Shown here: positions 16,856 through 24,488 of the stretch, piece by piece | Layout: each line of letters opens with the position of its first letter | Position numbering within the stretch: the first letter of the stretch is position 1 | Origin: Candidatus Dadabacteria bacterium | Lineage (GTDB): Bacteria; Desulfobacterota_D; UBA1144; Nemesobacterales; CSP1-2 | Assembly (NCBI GenBank): GCA_040289575.1 | Contig: PSLL01000017.1 | Location: 6,902 to 31,389 of the forward strand | Direction of reading: 5' to 3' | DNA length: 24,488 bases | The notes under the pieces: model-generated | Told to the model about the DNA's origin: nothing | The model's database searches: none | The model's input: the letters and a program-made list of their open reading frames with translations, nothing else | Position numbers and translations under genes: made by a program

Positions 16856-18373
16856 GTGAAACACCAAATACGTTCAAAACCATTGATTGTGATTGGTGCA
16901 TCAGGCTATGTAGGTGCGCGTCTTGTGCCTTGCCTCCTGAATTCGGGATACACTGTAAGAGCCTTAGGAAGATCCTTAAAGAAACTAAGAGAGCGTCCTT
17001 GGTCAAATCACCCTTGTGTAAATCTGATAGCCACTGATATATTCGACCGAAACTCATTGAAACAGGCATGTGAGGGTTGTTCCGTAGGTTACTATCTTGT
17101 CCATTCTATGGACCCTAACCAAAAAGATTTTGCTCATGCCGATCGCAAGGCAGCAGATAACATGGCTTGGGCTGTAGAAAAGAGCGGCCTCGAACGTATT
17201 ATATATCTAGGGGGATTAGGAAGAGAAGATCCCAGCTTGAGTAAACACCTACGCTCACGCGCTGAGGTCGGAAAAATTCTACAATCCGGTAATGTCCCCA
17301 CCACGATTTTACGAGCAGCAATGATCATAGGTGCTGGAAGCGCTTCTTTTGAGATACTACGCTATTTGGTCGAAAGGTTGCCCATTATGGTTACCCCAAG
17401 ATGGGTACGTACAAGATGTCAGCCAATTGGTATCCGAGATGCAATTGATTACTTGGTCAGTTGCTTAGAAGTCCCTGAGACTATCGGTCAATCATTCGAC
17501 ATCGGTGGATCCGAAGTACTGACGTATGACCATATCATGAAAATCTACGCCGAAGAGGCAAATCTTCTGAAACGTTGGGTCATCCCTCTCCCTGTCCTCA
17601 CTCCCCGACTTAGCTCTTATTGGATTCACCTTGTAACTCCTATATCGGCCTCGCTTGCAAGACCTTTAGCCGAGGGACTCAGTAATGAGGTAGTATGTAC
17701 TGATAATCGTATCCAACAGCTCATACCTAAAAATCTCTCGGATTGCCGTCAAGCTATTCGGTTAGCACTAGAGGAACTACAGCATAACCTAATCGAAGAC
17801 TCAAAAGGAAATAAAGCATGGATACCACCACCTGAATGGAGTTATCCAGGAGATCCAAAATGGGCAGGTGGCAAAGTGTATGAGGATCATCGTCGAATAA
17901 TACTGAGGGCAACGCCCAATGAGGTGTGGCAACATCTCTTTCAAATCGGCGGGAAGACAGGCTGGTATTATGCAGATTGGCTTTGGCGGCTCCGTGGATT
18001 TCTTGATCAACTTATCGGCGGCGTTGGAATGAGACAGAGACAAAACAATTCAAATAGTCTTAGCCCAGGAGATATAGTGGACTTCTGGCGGGTCCGCACA
18101 GTCGAGCCACAGAGACGTCTTCTACTTGTAGCCGAGATGAAATTACCGGGTCAGGCTATACTAGATTTCCGTATTAGAGAAATCCATGGTTGGACTACCG
18201 AGCTCCATCAGATTGCACGTTTTATCCCGCGTGGCCTAGGAGGTATTCTTTACTGGTATTCTATCTATCCCTTTCATCAATTCGTTTTTAACGGAATGTT
18301 ACGGAGAATCGGGGAACTCGTAGGAAAGCCCATCATTTCAGGCCCTGAACGCATAAGACGGCAAAATGGATGA
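16856..18373 (+). CDS. Atypical SDR NAD(P)-binding protein with C-terminal DUF2867 (YbjT-like)
   Basis: GASGYVG, YYLVHSM, IIYLGGL, LRAAMIIGAGSASFEI; C-terminal IGGKTGWYY..LWRLRG, DFWRV, AEMKLPG. Confidence 0.92.
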   Translation: MKHQIRSKPLIVIGASGYVGARLVPCLLNSGYTVRALGRSLKKLRERPWSNHPCVNLIATDIFDRNSLKQACEGCSVGYYLVHSMDPNQKDFAHADRKAADNMAWAVEKSGLERIIYLGGLGREDPSLSKHLRSRAEVGKILQSGNVPTTILRAAMIIGAGSASFEILRYLVERLPIMVTPRWVRTRCQPIGIRDAIDYLVSCLEVPETIGQSFDIGGSEVLTYDHIMKIYAEEANLLKRWVIPLPVLTPRLSSYWIHLVTPISASLARPLAEGLSNEVVCTDNRIQQLIPKNLSDCRQAIRLALEELQHNLIEDSKGNKAWIPPPEWSYPGDPKWAGGKVYEDHRRIILRATPNEVWQHLFQIGGKTGWYYADWLWRLRGFLDQLIGGVGMRQRQNNSNSLSPGDIVDFWRVRTVEPQRRLLLVAEMKLPGQAILDFRIREIHGWTTELHQIARFIPRGLGGILYWYSIYPFHQFVFNGMLRRIGELVGKPIISGPERIRRQNG

Positions 18374-18396
18374 TGCACTAATATATTATCTATGGT

Positions 18397-18855
18397 TGTT
18401 TTGTTGAAAACATTCTTATAATCTTAAGAACACAAAAACTAAAAAAATCTCTAAATCTCCTTCTCCCCTTACAAACACATGGATGTAATAAGCTATAGCC
18501 ATAAGTGATACAATTTTCTCCTTTAGAAATCATATAGACTGTATATGCTAAGACTCTCTTCCAACTCTTAATACTGCCTCCCCTATTCTTATGGGTGGAC
18601 GAATCCTGATTGGAAGTCCAAAAATGAAGCACTATATAAATCTTAAGAAGCACACATGAAATTAGCTGTGGAACACAATATATGTGTGGACTCTTTGGAT
18701 GTGTGTACATAGGTGGGGTTTGTCTTGTCACAAACTTAGCCACTTTTAAGAATCTAAACTTAATTAGCAGTTCTGATGTTTATCCCTCCTTGAGATAGTT
18801 TCCATTATTAATTTTATCTTAAGGAGGATTTTTTATTTATCTTCGCAACTGAGCA
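18397..18855 (-). mobile_element. Internally deleted IS5-family element of about 460 bp with both ends (MITE-like, copy 2)
   Basis: Transposase N-terminus PPMYTHPKSPHIYCVPQLISCVLLKIY, middle RGGSIKSWKR and C-terminus IVSLMAIAYYIH; imperfect terminal repeats tGTTTTGTTGAAAACAT (18397) and tGCTCAGTTGCGAAGAT (minus strand from 18855). Confidence 0.75.
18526..18622 (+). repeat. 97-bp exact direct repeat, copy 2 (partner 5231-5327)
   Basis: Identical to 5231-5327. Confidence 0.97.
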
Positions 18856-18859
18856 GTAA

Positions 18860-19365
18860 ATGATTGCTTTTCCAAAACGTCATCTCACCCGTGTTTTGAC
18901 CCCTAATACAGGAGGCAGTACCACAACCGTTACAAATAAGACTGCTGACCAAGTCATAGCCGAACAAGAGAGTCAGCCGGGTTTTAAAGACTGTTGCCTT
19001 TGTGGGCACCCCTTCTTCCCTACCGTCTGGATGCATATGGGAAGAAAACGAACTGGTTATTAAAAGTGAAGATTAATGGAACAGATTTAGGAACAGTTGC
19101 TTTTTTCTCTTCGAAGACAGGAACCACTTTGCCTGATATAGATTTCTCAACTCAGATGGTTTTGGTTTCTATGCAGGACATAAATGGTTTGGGGACCGAA
19201 ATCGTATCTGTCCTAGAGTTTAATTCCGCTGTAGTTGTGGTTATCAGGGATGATGAAAACAGCGTACCGCCGCCTGCCCTCGGTTTTCCATTTCATATTG
19301 TTTCTGTGCCAAGAGAAGATTTGCCCGTTAATTTCATAAGGGTAAAGAATATCATCTCTCCTTGA
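18860..19365 (+). pseudogene. 5'-disrupted gene ending in a PrcB C-terminal-like domain
   Basis: LPDIDFSTQMVLV...EIVSV...VVVV...FPFHIVSVPREDLPVNF pattern; no credible start or signal peptide; abuts the IS end at 18855. Confidence 0.55.
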
Positions 19366-19378
19366 TGGCTGGTTAGGA

Positions 19379-20380
19379 TCAACCGACTCTAAGAGATGCC
19401 CCTACATACCCGTTTTCTCTATACCAATCAATCGTTTTTCTCAGTGCCTCTTCAAGAGGGGTGAATTTCAGCTCTAACTCTTCTCTTGTTTTTCTATTCG
19501 ACCCCGCGGCTCCAATCTCCATCGCCCTTATACCGTCTACGGCAAGCTTGGGCGGTTTTCCTGTGAAGAATGATTTTATCTCAGAGATGTGCGCGATTAT
19601 CTTAAGTACGGACGGTGATATTCGCCTTTCGGGAAGGGGAACACCTGAGATTTTACTTATCATCTTGAAAACGTCTCCAATCTTGACGTTGTCTCCGACC
19701 AGTATATATCTCTCTCCGGGTTTTCCCTTTTCGGTCGCGAGTATGTGGCCCTCTATTGTGTCGTCAATGTAGACAAGGGGAATTATGCTGTCTTCAAACA
19801 TTACGGCCTTGAGATTGCCGTTGAGAATATCTATGATAGTCCTTCCAAACGTCTTTAAGTCTCCTGGGCCTATTACAACGCCGGGATTTAAGATTACAAC
19901 CGGAAGTCCGAGTTCTCTATGGATTCTCATTACCTCCTTTTCAGCTAGGAACTTTGACCTTCCATATTGGCTCTCAAAATCCATTTTGTGCTCTGTCTCT
20001 TCTGTTGCAATCTCCCCCTTAGGCTGTCTTATTGCGGCTAGACTGCTTGTGAATATTACCTTGCCGACGTTTTCTTTCAGCGCTTCAAGTAAAGCGTTTT
20101 TTGTGCCCTCGACGTTGATTTTATAATACATGCCTTTATCGGGTAGCCACCATCGAGCAATGTTTCCAAGGTGATAAAAAACATCACAGTCTCTCATAAC
20201 TCCCTTCAGAGACGCTTTGTCTGTAGTGTCTCCTGTGACGATTTCAACTCCTAGTCTCTTAAGCTCATCCGCTTTGCTCAAATCCCTGACAAGAGCCTTG
20301 ACGCTCACGCCGTCTCGGACGAGCCTTTTTACCAAATGGCCTCCGACAAATCCTGTTCCTCCCGTTACAAATGCCTTCAT
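19379..20380 (-). CDS. NAD-dependent epimerase/dehydratase (HpnA/dihydroflavonol reductase-like extended SDR)
   Basis: VTGGTGFVG, INVEGT, FTSS, YGRSK (YxxxK), LNPGVVIGPGD, GERYIL. Confidence 0.92.
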   Translation of the reverse strand: MKAFVTGGTGFVGGHLVKRLVRDGVSVKALVRDLSKADELKRLGVEIVTGDTTDKASLKGVMRDCDVFYHLGNIARWWLPDKGMYYKINVEGTKNALLEALKENVGKVIFTSSLAAIRQPKGEIATEETEHKMDFESQYGRSKFLAEKEVMRIHRELGLPVVILNPGVVIGPGDLKTFGRTIIDILNGNLKAVMFEDSIIPLVYIDDTIEGHILATEKGKPGERYILVGDNVKIGDVFKMISKISGVPLPERRISPSVLKIIAHISEIKSFFTGKPPKLAVDGIRAMEIGAAGSNRKTREELELKFTPLEEALRKTIDWYRENGYVGASLRVG

Positions 20381-20643
20381 GATTCACCTTTCTCGGATTT
20401 TTAGGAATTGCTCGTGCTGCCAATGCTAGTACATTCAAAAATGGTTATTATTGCAAATGAATGTAAAACAATCTCTATATATATTCTACAGATTATTGTA
20501 CGGTATAGAAACTTTAATTATTGGTCCGGCAATGGCTATAAGTTCATTCTAGCCATTACTAAACGGAAATTAGTTTCGAGCTAGGATTGATAAATTTTAA
20601 TAGAGGAGGGCGGCACGCCTCATCGTAGAAGAAATTATCCAGC

Positions 20644-20874
20644 TTACATCTTTTTTTCAATGAAAGTCTGGTTTCCGTTCGTTCGACTTTTGAGCAAAGA
20701 GTATATACGTTCAAATTCCTGACGCGGGATTATACCTTTATCAAAGAGCACGCCTACCAAGGTCCATGTGAAGCTCTTTTCATCAATTTCGGCTCCGCCC
20801 TGTTTGAGAATTACCACTATGGCGTCTATAGCTTCTTGGACGGAGTAATCTCCGTACTCATCCCTGAAATTCAT
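20644..20874 (-). CDS. Small hypothetical protein with SHOCT-like motif
   Basis: AAGGAG SD 8 nt before ATG 20874; LFDKGIIPRQEFERI resembles SHOCT; promoter upstream. Confidence 0.6.
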   Translation of the reverse strand: MNFRDEYGDYSVQEAIDAIVVILKQGGAEIDEKSFTWTLVGVLFDKGIIPRQEFERIYSLLKSRTNGNQTFIEKKM

Positions 20875-20990
20875 CTCCATATCTCCCTTTATTTTCCCTC
20901 TCATACGCTACGTGGTTACCCTAATCCCCAAAACCGTAAGTAACCCGTTTCTCATATCACTTCTTAGAATTCTTAAATGACCCTATTGTC

Positions 20991-21019
20991 TTTATATAAT
21001 TTATTCGTTTCCTCGTCAA
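20991..21019 (-). promoter_or_regulatory. Sigma70 promoter for the small hypothetical gene
   Basis: TTGACG-17 nt-TATAAA. Confidence 0.55.
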
Positions 21020-21204
21020 GTCCTTTCTATAAGTGTTTAGTTTTTATAAGTGGTAGTCAATTGGGCTTTGGTCGGGTTCTTCGCTAAGAATAATTTTTAA
21101 TTTAGAGTGAAACTAAGACTTTAGTTTTAATTCGGAATCTAAGGCTTTTTTGTATATATCTATAGTTTGTTTTTGTATAAAACGCTTACGGCTCATGTAT
21201 CGGC

Positions 21205-22350
21205 TTAACCCTTTTTGATTTTTCCAAGCTCATTAAGTAATGATTCCAGTTTTTCCATGCCCATCTCAAATTCTTCTGAAATTCTTCTGAGCTCTCTTGC
21301 GGGTAGTTCAAAAGAGGTTTCAGTAAAAGTGGTCTCAGGACTCCACCCTTCACATCTTACCCGAAGCTGTGCAATATCCCAGCGGGAGTAATGGCCGAGA
21401 GAATCAAATACGGCTTTTACGGCCTTAATTTGGTTTGCATAGCACTCGGCGTAAAGGATTGCGTCTTTCTCAAAATTAGGCTCAACCAAATACCTTCCAG
21501 CGGGGTTTACAATTGCGCTTCCGCCCAGCGCCCAGTCATAATTTATGTGATTCCCATCCCTTATATATTGCCACCTCTCGGGAAAGTCTTCATGAGTCAA
21601 AAATCCACATACGCTGAGGACAAATGCCCCCGCTTCGAATGCGTAAACCCTTATGAGTGATTGAAGAAGTGCGCCCCCGCCCCCAGGGCTTGTATCGGCA
21701 TCGAGGAGTTTGGTTTCTCCCCTTCTCCAATTCCCAGGCCAGACCGCGATGTGGAACTCTTCTCCTCTATGAATCATTGCGGCTCTTATAAGGGTCATGT
21801 GATTCTCCCAGCATATAAGCCCCCCGATTCGACCGATGTCCGTATCGAACACATTGATGTCGCTCCCGTCGCCCTGACCCCAGTAGATCCTCTCGGTGTA
21901 TGTAGGCATGAGTTTTCTGTGCTTTCCTATAACGTTGCCGTCTCTTCCTATGAAAAGGAGCGTATTGTAAACCGTGCAGCTTCCCCGACGATTGTCCAAT
22001 TCATTGCAGCCCATTACCACGTAGGCTCCGGCCTCTTTTGCCGCCTGACCCAGAACCTCGGTATCTTCGCTCGGAATCACAACGGAGTTATCCTGAAGCG
22101 CAATCATATAATCCGTCCACTCATGCGGGTTCGTTTCATATCCGACCGTATAGTATGCGGGGTATGTAGGAATAAAAGCCTCCGAGAAGGCAATTAGTTC
22201 GGCCCCGTTTCTTCCCGCCTCTTTTATTAACCTACAGGCCTTTTCTATAGTCCTTTTTTTATCCATAAACACGGGCGCGGCCTGCACAACAGCCACCTTT
22301 ACCTTTTCTCTACCACCTAGGATTTTTTTTGTCATGCCTATTCTCTTCAT
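21205..22350 (-). CDS. Nitrilase (carbon-nitrogen hydrolase, branch 1-like)
   Basis: VAVVQAAPV; triad Glu (AFSEAFIP), Lys (HRKLMPT), Cys (GLICWEN); FDSLGHYSR. Confidence 0.93.
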   Translation of the reverse strand: MKRIGMTKKILGGREKVKVAVVQAAPVFMDKKRTIEKACRLIKEAGRNGAELIAFSEAFIPTYPAYYTVGYETNPHEWTDYMIALQDNSVVIPSEDTEVLGQAAKEAGAYVVMGCNELDNRRGSCTVYNTLLFIGRDGNVIGKHRKLMPTYTERIYWGQGDGSDINVFDTDIGRIGGLICWENHMTLIRAAMIHRGEEFHIAVWPGNWRRGETKLLDADTSPGGGGALLQSLIRVYAFEAGAFVLSVCGFLTHEDFPERWQYIRDGNHINYDWALGGSAIVNPAGRYLVEPNFEKDAILYAECYANQIKAVKAVFDSLGHYSRWDIAQLRVRCEGWSPETTFTETSFELPARELRRISEEFEMGMEKLESLLNELGKIKKG

Positions 22351-22398
22351 AGGGGCTTATTTTAATTTTTCTTTTCTCTGAGCCTTCAACTAAATCTT

Positions 22399-22776
22399 CT
22401 AAGGAGTAATAATGCTCCCACCTCCGGTTTCGCCGGATGTTCGTCCCGGGGACTGAGCCCGAGAGAGCTTGGCTTCGATTAGTGCAAAAAGACGGTTTTT
22501 AAGCCCCTCGTCATAGGCGCAGACACCCGGAATTATGAATCCCAAAAGGGCAATCTGAAGAAAAAACTCAACGTTAGCACGGATAAATTCATCCGGGTAT
22601 TGAGTGCCGTAAGCCCGGGAAATATTGGCGTATATTGCCTCTCCAAGTTCATTTACCACCTCTACAACACTTTTGGTCCCTCCGGATTGCTGATTTGCCG
22701 CAACCCCCATATTAAAAGCCATCAATACCGAACTCATCATTGCGCTTGGCTGCTGTTGACCCTGTTGACCTTCCAT
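22399..22776 (-). CDS. Hypothetical protein (likely start 22776, MEGQQ)
   Basis: GAGGAGGT SD 7 nt before ATG 22776; promoter upstream; no recognised domain. Confidence 0.7.
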   Translation of the reverse strand: MEGQQGQQQPSAMMSSVLMAFNMGVAANQQSGGTKSVVEVVNELGEAIYANISRAYGTQYPDEFIRANVEFFLQIALLGFIIPGVCAYDEGLKNRLFALIEAKLSRAQSPGRTSGETGGGSIITP

Positions 22777-22806
22777 AATTTCTACCTCCTCATTCATAGA
22801 TGGTTT

Positions 22807-22836
22807 ATTTTAACAGTTAAATAGATGGATATTCAA
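22807..22836 (-). promoter_or_regulatory. Sigma70 promoter with extended -10
   Basis: TTGAAT-18 nt (ending TGT)-TAAAAT. Confidence 0.55.
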
Positions 22837-22988
22837 GCTGGATTTTGGTTTGTATTTATTGTCGTATCCATAAATTCATGTAAACTAATTTCAATGACAG
22901 ACGGTAGTGGCGGGCATATAAACCGATTTATGATGACAAAGAAAAAGTAGAGCAGACCCCTACAATTAATAAACGGAGGTTTTTATAG

Positions 22989-23930
22989 ATGTTTGAGAAG
23001 TTTGATGCAGTCCTTATGATTGCGTTTGGAGGGCCAGAAAAAACCGAGGATATTCGCCCGTTTCTTGCGAATGTAACGCGTGGGCGTCCGATTCCAAAAG
23101 AGCGAATCGAAGAGGTCGCTCATCATTATGAGCTAATTGGAGGAAGGTCGCCTCTTAATGAACTGACATTCAGGCAGATGCGCGCGCTAGAATCCGCATT
23201 AAAGGAGCGAGGCTGTGCGATTCCCATATATGTTGGAATGCGCAACTGGCATCCGTTTTTAACCGAAACTGTAAACGAGATGAAAAAGGCAGATGTGAGG
23301 CGCGCAATCGGTGTTATCATGGCAGCGCACGAGAGCGAGGCGAGTTGGCAGAGGTATAAGCAAAACGTCTCTGATGCAATTGCCGAAACGGGCGCGCACA
23401 TATCCGTTGAATACATCCCGCCGCTTTTTGATCATTCCTTATTTATTGAGTCTGTCTCAGAACGTATTAAAGAGTGTCTTATTCAAATTCCCAATGCCGA
23501 CCGAAAGGATGCGATACTCATTTTTACCGCACACAGCATTCCAACCCAGATGGCGGATGAGTCGCCTTACGTGGAACAACTCACTAAATCGTCACGATTC
23601 GTCGCCGAGTGCCTGGGTCATGAAAATTGGATGCTCGCTTATCAAAGCCGAAGCGGCCGCCCGACTGACCCTTGGCTTGAGCCTGATGTCTGCGATGTAA
23701 TCCGCAACCTCTCCGCCAAGGGCGTGAGACATGTTGTCGTTGCCCCTATTGGATTTGTCTGTGACCATGTGGAAATTCTCTATGATCTCGACATCGAGGC
23801 CGCCGGGGTTGCCAAGGAGGTCGGAATTAAGCTGATCCGTGCAAAAACGGTAAACGACGATCCCAAATTTATTGCGGCATTGGCGGATGTTGTTGAAAAG
23901 CAGATGAGGGACGGGGTAAAAGACAAATAA
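22989..23930 (+). CDS. hemH: Ferrochelatase
   Basis: FGGPE, GGRSPL, VGMRNWHP, FTAHSIP, YQSRSG, WLEPD, GFVCDHVEILYDLD. Confidence 0.97.
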   Translation: MFEKFDAVLMIAFGGPEKTEDIRPFLANVTRGRPIPKERIEEVAHHYELIGGRSPLNELTFRQMRALESALKERGCAIPIYVGMRNWHPFLTETVNEMKKADVRRAIGVIMAAHESEASWQRYKQNVSDAIAETGAHISVEYIPPLFDHSLFIESVSERIKECLIQIPNADRKDAILIFTAHSIPTQMADESPYVEQLTKSSRFVAECLGHENWMLAYQSRSGRPTDPWLEPDVCDVIRNLSAKGVRHVVVAPIGFVCDHVEILYDLDIEAAGVAKEVGIKLIRAKTVNDDPKFIAALADVVEKQMRDGVKDK

Positions 23931-23934
23931 CTAT

Positions 23935-24071
23935 TTAGCCACGAATAAGCACTAAAAGAAAATATTCAATACCTTGACGGGAGATAGAATTCTTTTGTAG
24001 GGGGCAGGTTTGAAACCTGCCCCCTACATTTAATAAATTATTCGTATAAATTCGTGTGCATTCGTGGCTAA
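23935..24071. repeat. Outer inverted repeat TTAGCCACGAAT/ATTCGTGGCTAA with 10-bp ATTCGT units, enclosing a REP-like palindrome
   Basis: 12-bp perfect arms at 23935-23946 and 24060-24071; attcgtataa attcgtgtgc attcgtggct tandem units. Confidence 0.8.
23996..24028. repeat. Perfect GTAG-type REP-like palindrome
   Basis: TGTAGGGGGCAGGTTT-G-AAACCTGCCCCCTACA, 16-bp arms. Confidence 0.85.
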
Positions 24072-24086
24072 TTATCTATATGCACA

Positions 24087-24488
24087 ATGAGAATTATTGT
24101 AATCGGCGGCGGTATCACGGGTCTCTCTGCGGCGCATCGGCTTATTGAATTGCGTTCAGAGAAAACCCTGCCACTTGAGATTATTCTCCTTGAGTCCAGC
24201 GGACGGGTCGGCGGTACAATTGCCACCCGGCGTCTTGACGGCTTTATCATTGAAGAGGGCCCGGACTCATTTATCACAACAAAACCCTGGGTGCTTTCCC
24301 TATGTAGGCGCATAGGATTGGATTCGTGCTTAATCCCAACTAATGATAAATATCGCCGCACACTTGTCGTTTATAAAGGCAGGCTGATACCCATTCCCGA
24401 TGGTTTCCTTATGATTGCACCTACACGGCTTTTGCCGTTTTTGACCTCCCCTCTTTTTTCGTGGCGTGGAAAATTGCGTATGGCGTTA
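24087..24488 (+). CDS. hemY: FAD-dependent proto/coproporphyrinogen oxidase, HemY/CgoX type (3' partial; absent from the ORF track)
   Basis: MRIIVIGGGITGLSAAHRL, LLESSGRVGGTI, IEEGPDSF; follows hemH; runs off the window edge. Confidence 0.93.
   Translation, partial: MRIIVIGGGITGLSAAHRLIELRSEKTLPLEIILLESSGRVGGTIATRRLDGFIIEEGPDSFITTKPWVLSLCRRIGLDSCLIPTNDKYRRTLVVYKGRLIPIPDGFLMIAPTRLLPFLTSPLFSWRGKLRMAL

Noticed and set aside
5231..18622. The 97-bp repeat pair as a DGR template/variable repeat or a CRISPR repeat
   Set aside because: The core copies are identical with no adenine-specific variation, there is no reverse transcriptase or cas gene and no spacer array, and both copies sit within transposase fragments
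18390..18743. 117-aa ORF as a real protein
   Set aside because: Chimera of transposase fragments joined by deletions; its last part is out of the transposase frame
18386..18866. Target-site duplication around the MITE-like element
   Set aside because: Flanks atctatggt and gtaaatgat match at only 5 of 9 positions
21110..21127. AAACTAA-gact-TTAGTTT palindrome as a terminator
   Set aside because: Stem is almost all A/T and too weak; plausible by chance in this AT-rich spacer
21391..22197. 89-aa and 178-aa plus-strand ORFs
   Set aside because: Antisense to the well-supported nitrilase, with no motifs
22777..22797. Start at 22797 as another leaderless gene
   Set aside because: A strong GAGGAGGT SD points to ATG 22776, so it was left out of the leaderless set
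24068..24361. 97-aa minus-strand ORF
   Set aside because: Antisense shadow of the partial hemY on the plus strand

Overview
A 24.5-kb bacterial chromosome segment (standard genetic code, diderm envelope genes; gene content suggests a deltaproteobacteria-like lineage such as Ca. Dadabacteria, which is an unverified impression). Housekeeping and envelope genes: partial prfA, ccsA, larC, an LppC/LpoA-C-like protein, dtd, a LysM protein, alr, mlaE-mlaF-mlaD, a VWA protein, hemH and partial hemY/hemG. Accessory genes: Hpt plus truncated receiver behind a sigma54 promoter, a membrane-anchored receiver, PfpI, a YbjT-like SDR, an epimerase and a nitrilase. There are two decayed IS5-family remnants sharing an exact 97-bp block, several pseudogenes and REP-like palindromes. 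Best candidates for undescribed biology: (1) an MCE/Mla lipid-transport operon with no MlaA/B/C in the window, coupled instead to an exported 488-aa protein of about 23 aromatic W/F-P-x-F/Y repeats, with an MlaD carrying four exact-period 34-aa repeats; (2) an unannotated 29-aa single-TM peptide with a near-consensus promoter, strong SD and structured leader upstream of dtd; (3) a recurrent leaderless-type promoter layout. No CRISPR array, tRNA or rRNA was seen.
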